This document shows positions 15,543 to 22,165 of a stretch of 36,715 bases of DNA, piece after piece. How positions within the stretch are numbered: the stretch's first letter is position 1; each line of letters opens with the position of its first letter. The notes below the pieces were generated by a model, which ran no database searches, was not told where the DNA came from, and saw only the letters and a list, made by a program, of their open reading frames with translations. Made by a program: the position numbers and the translations under genes. Origin of the DNA: a virus (taxonomy: Duplodnaviria; Caudoviricetes); IMG/VR virus record IMGVR_UViG_3300006123_000028, positions 1 to 36,715 of that record. One strand, written 5' to 3'.

Positions 15543-15949
15543 TAGAAAGCGTCCTCGGGCTCGGAGTAGCGGTGCGCGGTGGTCTTGGGTGCGACGCTGT
15601 CGCCCTTGTGGGCGGTTGCCCAGCGCAGGTCTGGACCGCACGCCTCAATCTTCACCTCGACCGCCGATCGCTTCTCGCCCTTGTCCGTCTCCCAGCTGCG
15701 CTGCTCCAGCGTGCCGTGAACGATTACCCGGTCGCCCTTGTGCAGGCTGTCGGCGATGTTCTGGGCAATCGACCCGAAGGCCGAGCAGTCAAAGAACGAT
15801 GTCTGCTCCTGCTCGGCTCCGTTGCGGTCCTTCCACTTCTTGGTGACCGCCACGCCAATCTTGACGGCGGCGTTGCCGGTCTTGTCCATGAACTTCAATT
15901 CCGGGTCACGGGTGAGGTTCCCGATGATGGTGATGGTGGCGTCAGCCAT
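15542..15949 (-). CDS. ssb: Single-stranded DNA-binding protein, actinobacterial type
   Basis: ITIIGNLTRDPEL.F, KGDRVIV.G.LEQRSWET..GEKRS, GPDLRWATA, acidic tail; start at ATG 15949. Confidence 0.95.
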   Translation of the reverse strand: MADATITIIGNLTRDPELKFMDKTGNAAVKIGVAVTKKWKDRNGAEQEQTSFFDCSAFGSIAQNIADSLHKGDRVIVHGTLEQRSWETDKGEKRSAVEVKIEACGPDLRWATAHKGDSVAPKTTAHRYSEPEDAF

Positions 15950-16481
15950 TGTCCTTCTCCTTTGTTTGCAGGTCGTTGATAATCGTAGTGCACTCGTCGT
16001 CGGTGAGCTCGTAGATTCCGGCCAGCTCGCGCTTGGTGATTGCGAAAAGGTATTCCTTGCGTACTCCCGTTTGCGGGTGAATTCGGACGAGCTGCTCGCG
16101 CACCGCCTTCTGCTTCTCGTTGAGCTCGGGGATGGCTGGGGTGCCTCCGTTGCGCTCGACCTTCTGCATCTCCTCCCGGCTGGGGCGCTTGCCCTTAGGG
16201 GCGAAGCCCGCCTGTGCCAGCGCTCTACCAACAGACGAAGTCTCGCAGTTCTCGAGCGCCGAGGTCTGGTTGACGCCTCGGGTGGTGACCAGTTCTTCCG
16301 CGTAGCCGGTGGCGAAGGGCTGGTTCTCTCCCTCGCGGAACAGCGCCGTGCGAACGATGAACTGGCCTTCGCCGTGGTGGATCAGTTCTGTAAGCACTCG
16401 CCCGTTAGGGTGCTGCTCCCAGAAGCGCGCCAGTCGAACTTCGACGGGCTCGTAATCGTTCAGGTTGAAGTTCGCCATCAT
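15942..16481 (-). CDS. Single-strand annealing protein (Rad52/Sak-like, tentative)
   Basis: DYEPVEVRL, ATGYAEE, SALENCETSSVGRALA, SREEM; adjacent to ssb. Confidence 0.7.
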   Translation of the reverse strand: MMANFNLNDYEPVEVRLARFWEQHPNGRVLTELIHHGEGQFIVRTALFREGENQPFATGYAEELVTTRGVNQTSALENCETSSVGRALAQAGFAPKGKRPSREEMQKVERNGGTPAIPELNEKQKAVREQLVRIHPQTGVRKEYLFAITKRELAGIYELTDDECTTIINDLQTKEKDNG

Positions 16482-16807
16482 GCACCGACCTTGCGGTTGC
16501 GCTTGTGTCGGTTGATGCTGCGCCCGAGTGGATCAGAGCCATTGGCCTTGAGCACTTGTGGTCGAACGGTCGAGCCGTGCCATCTGCCGCCCTTTGGCCC
16601 GGTGAGGCCCTTCTCGTTCAACACCTCGGCGATCTGGTCGTAGGTCATGCCCTTGCTGCGCATGGCCACCATGTCGATTGCCAGTGAAACGTTGGCTGGT
16701 GTGTCGCTCTTGGCGATGATTGCCTTGAGGCTGGTCACCGTGGTCTCGAGCTCGCTGATCTTGTTGGTCAGCGCCCGGTGCTTCTTGCGTGAAATGTAGG
16801 GCATCAC
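16478..16807 (-). CDS. DNA-binding protein with a recombinase-type HTH
   Basis: GMTYDQIAEVLNEKGLTGPKGGRWHGSTVR after a short coiled coil; no catalytic domain. Confidence 0.75.
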   Translation of the reverse strand: MMPYISRKKHRALTNKISELETTVTSLKAIIAKSDTPANVSLAIDMVAMRSKGMTYDQIAEVLNEKGLTGPKGGRWHGSTVRPQVLKANGSDPLGRSINRHKRNRKVGA

Positions 16808-16974
16808 TTGCCTGCCTTGATTTCAATTAGCGGCTCGAAGCTGCTTGTGATGTCGGCGGCGAGCTTCTCCACTCGATCGTGGAATTCGCCTTCGTGGAGC
16901 GTGGCGTCGGTGAACGCTAACGCTGTCATCAGAGTGGCGTACTGCTCACTCGTCAGGGTGATCTGGAACTTCAT
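16804..16974 (-). CDS. Small hypothetical protein, 56 aa (MKFQITLTSEQY...)
   Basis: Hand translated; GAGGAG RBS; overlapping stop and start codons. Confidence 0.7.
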   Translation of the reverse strand: MKFQITLTSEQYATLMTALAFTDATLHEGEFHDRVEKLAADITSSFEPLIEIKAGK

Positions 16975-17156
16975 TATTCTCCTCTTTTGTTAAGCAGCCA
17001 GTTGTTGACTGCTGATTTGGACACCGTGATTCCGGTGGTCTCTGTAAGGCGCCGCGCTATCTCTCGACAGGTGGCTCCTTCAGAATTTGCCTCTTGGAGC
17101 CACTCGTTGAGCGTGCTTCCAAGTCGGTCTTCAATTATGCGCTTTAGGTGTGACAT
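16974..17156 (-). CDS. Small HTH DNA-binding protein
   Basis: GATCREIARRLTETTGITVSKSAVNNWL; start at ATG 17156. Confidence 0.75.
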   Translation of the reverse strand: MSHLKRIIEDRLGSTLNEWLQEANSEGATCREIARRLTETTGITVSKSAVNNWLLNKRGE

Positions 17157-17383
17157 CAGTCGGCCTGCTTCTTCTTGACCGGGCTCACGATCGTCGGCCC
17201 GAAGTGCCGGTATTTCGAGTGCTGCCATGTGCCGCCGATGACGGTAATCCAGCGAGGCGCTCCGTTCTCGTCGAGGCGCACCGAGTAGAAGTAGAACTTC
17301 CCGCGCTGCCCAACGACCTTGACCTCGTCTCCTCGCTCGTAGCCGTTCCAGCTCGAAAGAACCGAGCCCTTTGCGATCGTCAT
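17156..17383 (-). CDS. Hypothetical small beta-rich (SH3-like) protein
   Basis: RGDEVKVVGQRGKFYF; GGAG RBS; ATGA overlap. Confidence 0.7.
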   Translation of the reverse strand: MTIAKGSVLSSWNGYERGDEVKVVGQRGKFYFYSVRLDENGAPRWITVIGGTWQHSKYRHFGPTIVSPVKKKQAD

Positions 17384-17520
17384 TGTGGCTCCACCCGGAC
17401 TAGGTGGTTTGTGTCGGCTTCGTGCTGGTCGGCCAGCAGTTGCGAGGTGCGGAATTCCAGCCCTCGGTGGATCAGGTCGCACTCCATGCAGGCGAGCTGG
17501 TAGTTGGTGTAGTCCGTCAT
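17380..17520 (-). CDS. Small Zn-finger-like protein
   Basis: CxxC...H....H; AGGAG RBS. Confidence 0.7.
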   Translation of the reverse strand: MTDYTNYQLACMECDLIHRGLEFRTSQLLADQHEADTNHLVRVEPQ

Positions 17521-17687
17521 TGTGCTCCTGCCGGTGCGAGTCCGATTAGGTAGTTTCCAAAGGGCGTGCATTCGGTCACTGCGGTCACCATGTCGGTGTC
17601 TTTCAAGCCGATGACCGCCTCCTCCATCCATTGTGCCCAGATGCTTTGACGGAACTTGACCGCGGCGAGTGTGGTGGTCTCGGTCAT
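17517..17687 (-). CDS. Small hypothetical protein (MTETTTLA...)
   Basis: AGGT RBS; coupled to both neighbours. Confidence 0.65.
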   Translation of the reverse strand: MTETTTLAAVKFRQSIWAQWMEEAVIGLKDTDMVTAVTECTPFGNYLIGLAPAGAQ

Positions 17688-17911
17688 CACGCACCTGCCT
17701 GACGGACGACGAACGACTTGGCTTCGGCGAGGGTGTTGAAGTCGGCGATGACCCGGTTGCCGCTCGTCGCCGAGTAAGTGCTGACGGGGTAGTAGAACTC
17801 GCCGTCGATGACCGAACGCTCGCGGCTGATGAACAGCCCGCTCAGGTCGTTGGCGACCCAAGACATCCGGCCCTTTCCATCCTTAAACTTCGTAAAGGTC
17901 ACTGCGTTCAT
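17687..17911 (-). CDS. Hypothetical protein, first gene of the early region
   Basis: TCCTGAGGAGGA RBS; C-terminal F.TLAEAK motif common in small phage early proteins. Confidence 0.8.
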   Translation of the reverse strand: MNAVTFTKFKDGKGRMSWVANDLSGLFISRERSVIDGEFYYPVSTYSATSGNRVIADFNTLAEAKSFVVRQAGA

Positions 17912-17915
17912 CTTT

Positions 17916-17925
17916 CCTCCTCAGG
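17916..17925 (-). promoter_or_regulatory. Extended RBS motif CCTGAGGAGG (copy 4)
   Basis: Exact repeat. Confidence 0.85.
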
Positions 17926-17951
17926 AACCCGGCGGTGTTGCCGGTAATCTC

Positions 17952-17981
17952 AGTGTATGTCCACCACGTGGACAGGCGCAA
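17952..17981 (-). promoter_or_regulatory. SigA-type early promoter with a palindromic operator in the spacer
   Basis: TTGCGC-N18-TACACT; 21 nt identical to 11748-11768; AT-rich UP-like tract upstream. Confidence 0.8.
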
Positions 17982-18038
17982 GCATTTTGTTAAAGAAATT
18001 TTAGACCCTCGAAACGCCTTGTAATCATTGGGCTTTGG

Positions 18039-18088
18039 AAATAAAGAAATCCCCAGCCGCACTGGGTGGCCAGTCGGCTGGGGATTCT
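18039..18088 (-). terminator. Intrinsic terminator ending the late region and the predicted sRNA
   Basis: Long stem AATCCCCAGCCG...CGGCTGGGGATT followed by TCTTTATTT. Confidence 0.85.
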
Positions 18089-18134
18089 CGGGGTGTCCTG
18101 AGGAAGAACATGAAGCCGAGCTGTGCTCGGTTCG
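18039..18134 (-). ncRNA. Predicted antisense sRNA targeting the CCTGAGGAGG ribosome-binding sites
   Basis: Three hairpins: 5' CCGAGC/GCTCGG, middle UGUUCU-UCCUC-AGGACA, 3' terminator. The seed CUUCAUGUUCUUCCUCAGGA is complementary to five RBS regions. Candidate promoter TTCGCC-N18-TAACAT at 18141-18170. Confidence 0.6.
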
Positions 18135-18143
18135 TTTTTGATG

Positions 18144-18668
18144 TTAATGCGTGTTTGTGTAGGCGGCGAACAGTTGCGCAGGCGTCACGGTGTAGATGTC
18201 ATCGAAATTGTGCAGCCATCCTCCGTAGCGCAACGCCTCGGCGACGAGCGCGCTGCAGATCCAAGTGCCGGGCCTTCTGAATGACGGAGCCCAGTTGGGC
18301 GTCATGCAGTCGAGCGCGCAGCTCGCAATCGATCCCCAGCCGTACTCGCTGCCAACTTGTGCGCGCGCGAACGCCAGTATGTCTCTGCGGCTGTGCGTTG
18401 GATCGGGCTCGATCAATGTGTATGAGCCCACCGTGCTGATTGGCTTGTCGTCGGTCACGCCTGATGGCTCGGCTTGGATGACTGTAATCTCGGTGCGGTA
18501 GCCCTCGGTGATGCTGCCGACAATCTTCACCGTGTCAACGATGAAGGCGTGGTTCCAGTGGCTCGGGCTCTCTCCCCAACGGATGCGCTCGCCAAAGCGA
18601 ATGGCGCGACCCATGATGCCGTCGGAGTGTGCGAAGCCGATATCTCCCGGCTGTGGTCCTGCGCTCAC
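18144..18668 (-). CDS. Permuted papain-like NlpC/P60 (YiiX-type) amidase
   Basis: Start re-called at GTG 18668 (GTGA overlap with the holin stop); QPGDI, HWNHA, G..Y, ICSALVA with His before Cys. Confidence 0.8.
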   Translation of the reverse strand: MSAGPQPGDIGFAHSDGIMGRAIRFGERIRWGESPSHWNHAFIVDTVKIVGSITEGYRTEITVIQAEPSGVTDDKPISTVGSYTLIEPDPTHSRRDILAFARAQVGSEYGWGSIASCALDCMTPNWAPSFRRPGTWICSALVAEALRYGGWLHNFDDIYTVTPAQLFAAYTNTH

Positions 18669-18916
18669 TTGGCTGGCGTCTCCGCTGGCGTCGAGCCCGC
18701 TGCCTTGACTGGAAGCGCGCCGAGCATCCACGAGAACTTTGGGTAGCGCGTCTCGAGCTGACGGATCAATGCGTAGTAGACCGTCGTTGCTACCGGCATG
18801 GCAATTGCCAGCTCGGTTGGGGTGAGGTGCTTCTCGGCCTTTGTAATCCATGCGACCGCTGAGGCCACGAGGACGGGAACGAACGTGCGCACGATGTTCT
18901 TCTGGTAGTTGTTCAT
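18665..18916 (-). CDS. Holin-like membrane protein
   Basis: IVRTFVP.LV, two TM segments, YYALIR.LE..YP...W.LG pattern seen in actinophage holin-like proteins. Confidence 0.75.
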   Translation of the reverse strand: MNNYQKNIVRTFVPVLVASAVAWITKAEKHLTPTELAIAMPVATTVYYALIRQLETRYPKFSWMLGALPVKAAGSTPAETPAK

Positions 18917-18932
18917 TGGTTCTCCTTGTTGG

Positions 18933-20111
18933 TTAAAGAATTGCTAGGTCCGACCAGCCGCGCGGATCATGGTTGCCAACGAGTGCGGTCAGCGTTCCCG
19001 GCGTGCTCCACTTGCCGGTCATGTCGCTAAACCACTTCGAGCCTCCATCAAGGCTTGGGCATTGCAGTCGGAAGAATGGACCGAAGTCGTCAATCGCCAA
19101 GTGGTGCCGGTGGGCGGTAATCCAAAGGCGCGGCATGGTTCCGGTCTCGTATTGCAGGCGTTGGCTCTGGCCGCGGAGCCACTCGTGCTCCTTGCCGCTG
19201 ATCTTGTGGCCGTGCGTAATCGCCACCGGGACGCCGGAGAGGTCGATCATCTGCACCATCTCGTCATGGGCGATGTGCCAGCGGTTGGGTAGCGCGGTGT
19301 CGCTGAAGATGCGCTGTAGCGTGTCGCCGAGGTAGCCGCCGACGTTGTCGCTGTCGCTGGTCACCGGCTTGGAGCCGCCGTTGCGTGTCCACTCTCCGTG
19401 GTTGCAGAGCACCGAGGCGAAGATGTCCGGCTGGAGTGCGGCCACTCCTTGTGTCCATAAATCCAGAACGAGGTTTAGTTGGGCCCTCATGTTGAGCTGC
19501 ACGGTTGCCCGTTGGCTGGCGTAGTTGTTGTCGCAGCCTTCGCTGGGGTCGCCCATGTTGAAGATGGCGACGTGCCTGATGTTGCGTCCCGCTTTGCGCA
19601 GCTCGTTGATGCGAGCGAGGCTGTCGGTGAAAGATTGCTGAACTCGGGCAACCGTGGCCTCGACGCCGCCGCCTTCTGATTTCCCGATTTGCCAGTCGGC
19701 CCACGCGATTAGGAAGGTGCAGGGCTCGCCGGTGGTCTCGATGTGCGGGGTCTTGGGGCGCCACTTCTTGATCTGGGCGCGGAGCTCGTTGATGTCGGCT
19801 TCCGTCGCTTGGGGCGTGCGGCGTGAAAAGCGCGCCTTGTAGGAATAGAGCCACACGATGTCTCGGTGGCCGTCCTCCGTGCGCTTGCTCTGCTGCCACT
19901 TGCTCATCTTGACGGTGTCGTCGACGACGTAGAACTCGTCCGGATCGAGCCCGAAGCCGGCAAGCACCGCGCGCCAGTCCGAGGCCAGTTCTATCGGCTG
20001 CTCGAGGGCGCCGGTCTGCAGCTCTCCTCCGTCGGCGCCAATCTCGATTGAGGATCGGACGGCCTTCTCGGGGCGCTGCTCAAATTCGCTTAGGTCCGGT
20101 TGCACGCGCAT
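18933..20111 (-). CDS. Calcineurin-like metallophosphoesterase (Mre11-like)
   Basis: ADWQIGK, MGDPSEG, CNHGE, THGH, AHRHH. Confidence 0.82.
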   Translation of the reverse strand: MRVQPDLSEFEQRPEKAVRSSIEIGADGGELQTGALEQPIELASDWRAVLAGFGLDPDEFYVVDDTVKMSKWQQSKRTEDGHRDIVWLYSYKARFSRRTPQATEADINELRAQIKKWRPKTPHIETTGEPCTFLIAWADWQIGKSEGGGVEATVARVQQSFTDSLARINELRKAGRNIRHVAIFNMGDPSEGCDNNYASQRATVQLNMRAQLNLVLDLWTQGVAALQPDIFASVLCNHGEWTRNGGSKPVTSDSDNVGGYLGDTLQRIFSDTALPNRWHIAHDEMVQMIDLSGVPVAITHGHKISGKEHEWLRGQSQRLQYETGTMPRLWITAHRHHLAIDDFGPFFRLQCPSLDGGSKWFSDMTGKWSTPGTLTALVGNHDPRGWSDLAIL

Positions 20112-20323
20112 TGGTTCGTCCGGTGTCGGTGCACCACGTTGTATTGGAAGGGCGCGCCCTTCTCAATCAGCCAGCGGTAGATCGCCATCGTGCTGATGGT
20201 TCCCTCCGCAAGCGCCGCGGTGAACTTGTCGCGGTTGGTTGCGTCGAGCTTGGCGGCAAAGCGTCCCACGGTGCATGGTTGGCTTGCTCTATGTGCTCGA
20301 AACTCGGATAGGTCAATCGTCAT
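20090..20323 (-). CDS. Small HTH/Zn-like protein preceding the phosphoesterase
   Basis: CTVG...V.RHR...CAC; CCTGAGGAGGA RBS. Confidence 0.75.
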   Translation of the reverse strand: MTIDLSEFRAHRASQPCTVGRFAAKLDATNRDKFTAALAEGTISTMAIYRWLIEKGAPFQYNVVHRHRTNQCACNRT

Positions 20324-20327
20324 TGGT

Positions 20328-20337
20328 CCTCCTCAGG
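20328..20337 (-). promoter_or_regulatory. Extended RBS motif CCTGAGGAGG (copy 5)
   Basis: Exact repeat; a possible extended -10 TGATAGGCT lies about 15 nt upstream. Confidence 0.8.
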
Positions 20338-20357
20338 CTCGCGCCATCTGGAGCCTA

Positions 20358-20702
20358 TCAGAAACCGACCGGGCTCACCGTGATTTCGCCCTGCCAGACC
20401 GCCGAGGTCTTGGTGGTGTCCATTCCGCTCGAGGGCTGGCCTGACCAGATGACGTTCCAAACGCCGGCGAGGTTCGTGGTGGTGAGGTCGGCGTGGAAGA
20501 TGCCGGTGCCGTCGTGGACGATAGTGGAGGTGGGGTCGCCGGTGGGGTTGGTCCATGTGTAGGTCTGCGCGGTCTGGCCCTGCACCGAGATTTGAAGCGT
20601 CACTACGTCAGGCGTGACGGGCGAGCCGGCGATGCTGGTGAATGGGTAGTCCTGCGTGGTCAGGCGGAGCGTGGCGCCTTCGTAGAAGGTGTAGGAGGTC
20701 AT
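20358..20702 (-). CDS. Small beta-sandwich virion protein (BppU-N-like)
   Basis: G.TLRL...FT....VTPD.VTL...GTGIFHADL....AGVW...W.G. Confidence 0.7.
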   Translation of the reverse strand: MTSYTFYEGATLRLTTQDYPFTSIAGSPVTPDVVTLQISVQGQTAQTYTWTNPTGDPTSTIVHDGTGIFHADLTTTNLAGVWNVIWSGQPSSGMDTTKTSAVWQGEITVSPVGF

Positions 20703-21400
20703 TGGTAGGTGGTTCCCTTCACGGATCCGGCGAGCGCCGTTCCCTCGATGGTTGCTTGGTAGGTGGTGCCTCTAACTGCTGCGGCGAGCTCGCTGCCGGC
20801 GACCGTGGCTGCGCGCTCGGTTCCCTTGACCGTGGCTGCGTAGAACGTGCCGGCCACGATGCCGGGCTCTGGTCGGAAGTAGGAAGCGTTGGCCGTTGCC
20901 GTGTGTGTCGCTCGTGCGGATCCGGTCGCGACGACGTAGTAGGTGGCGGTGGCTGCGCCGGCGTGGGTTCCCGTGCCGCTGGCCGTGGCAATCAGTCGAG
21001 CTGCGCCTGTGCCGGCGTAGGTGGCCGTGGCTGCGCCCGTGCCGGCGTAGTAGAAGGTGGCGATGGCTGTGGCGCTGTGCGTCCCCGTGCCGCTTGCTCG
21101 AACGACGAGGAAGTCGGCGGTGGTTGCGGCGTGGCTGTAGTTGCCGGCTCCCGTGCCTGCGTAGATCACCGTCGCGGTGGCTGTGGCGCTGTGGCTTCCG
21201 GCGCTCGATCCCGTCGCGGCAATCAGGCCGGTTGCCGATCCTGCGTGCGTGCCGGTGCCGGCTCCTGTAGCCGGGTAGATGACGGTCGCGGTCGCGGTCG
21301 CGGTGTGCGTGCCGGTGGCTGCTCCTTGAGCCGCGTATTGCTTCAGCCCTGCGTAGCCCTGCCCGAGGTATGGGGCGCCGAGGTAGTTTGCGCCGATCAT
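20699..21400 (-). CDS. Ala/Gly/Thr repeat virion protein
   Basis: About eight ~19-aa repeats (consensus near ATGxGTGTHxATATAxVI) followed by five 9-aa repeats; AAGGAG RBS. Confidence 0.75.
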   Translation of the reverse strand: MIGANYLGAPYLGQGYAGLKQYAAQGAATGTHTATATATVIYPATGAGTGTHAGSATGLIAATGSSAGSHSATATATVIYAGTGAGNYSHAATTADFLVVRASGTGTHSATAIATFYYAGTGAATATYAGTGAARLIATASGTGTHAGAATATYYVVATGSARATHTATANASYFRPEPGIVAGTFYAATVKGTERAATVAGSELAAAVRGTTYQATIEGTALAGSVKGTTYQ

Positions 21401-21409
21401 CGGGTCTCC

Positions 21410-22165
21410 TTAAAGAAGTTCTAGGAAGTTAGTGCTGTTCGTGGTCGTGGCAGGGTTGATGACCAGACCGAGTGCAACCGAGATGTCTATGCCGGTAGTC
21501 GCTGCCGGTGACTGCCAGAAGCCCAGTGCGCCACCGCTTGTTGTCTGAGGATAGGTGGCGATTTGGTAGGTGATAGCCGACTGACGTGAGCCAGTGACAT
21601 AGGTTGCCACTGTGTCATTGTTTGGCAGGTTGTAGGGAGAAGTTCCCCAGCCACCACCAGAAGGCGGAGTGGTTGAGAATGAAGATGCGCCGGTCATACC
21701 GAGAAGAAGTTGCCCAGGCTGCCAGTAGTAGTTGAAGCCTTGCGCCTGACTGGTGAGGTTGCCGATTGCGGTTCCCTGTCCGTGTGGCGTTCCGTTGATT
21801 GCGATTGGGTTTGTGGTCGAGCATCCGGAGAACGTCGCTGTGCAGAAGCCGCCCGTGGTTGTCGGCACTCCGCTAAGCGTCACCGAGGTTGTGCCGGTGG
21901 TGGTCACGTTGTAGCCCAGCCAAGCGGAGAAGCCGTTGTTGGCGTTCGGTGCGCCGTTGCCGTTGGCCGTCAGACCGACCCACGTTGCGCCTGCTCCACT
22001 CACGGTGTAGGCCGGTAAATACTTGTTTGCACCAGTCTGAGACCAAGCAGTGGTGTTGATTGATGAGACCACGATGAGGATGAGGTCGCCTGGCAACGTC
22101 GAGAGGACTGGAACAGTCGTGGAGATTGACGAAGTTGTTGTCCCACCTCGGTAAGCAATAGCCAC
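21410..22165 (-). CDS. Tail-associated, possibly receptor-binding, beta-rich protein
   Basis: Probable start GTG 22165 (MAIAYRGG...), PGDLILIVV motif, T/G/S rich; an alternative start lies at 22189. Confidence 0.7.
   Translation of the reverse strand: MAIAYRGGTTTSSISTTVPVLSTLPGDLILIVVSSINTTAWSQTGANKYLPAYTVSGAGATWVGLTANGNGAPNANNGFSAWLGYNVTTTGTTSVTLSGVPTTTGGFCTATFSGCSTTNPIAINGTPHGQGTAIGNLTSQAQGFNYYWQPGQLLLGMTGASSFSTTPPSGGGWGTSPYNLPNNDTVATYVTGSRQSAITYQIATYPQTTSGGALGFWQSPAATTGIDISVALGLVINPATTTNSTNFLELL

Noticed and set aside
16478-16807. Serine integrase
   Set aside because: Only a recombinase-type HTH in about 109 aa; no catalytic domain and no adjacent fragments.
18000-18143. tRNA in the structured intergenic regions (also 34210-34310)
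   Set aside because: No cloverleaf, T-loop GTTCRA or CCA end could be fitted.
18035-18280. Plus-strand ORF with an apparent RBS (TCCTGAGGAAGAAC-ATG at 18110)
   Set aside because: Arg/Cys-rich low-quality translation, antisense to a real gene, and no plus-strand promoter seen. The antisense RNA reading explains the sequence better, though translation is not formally excluded.
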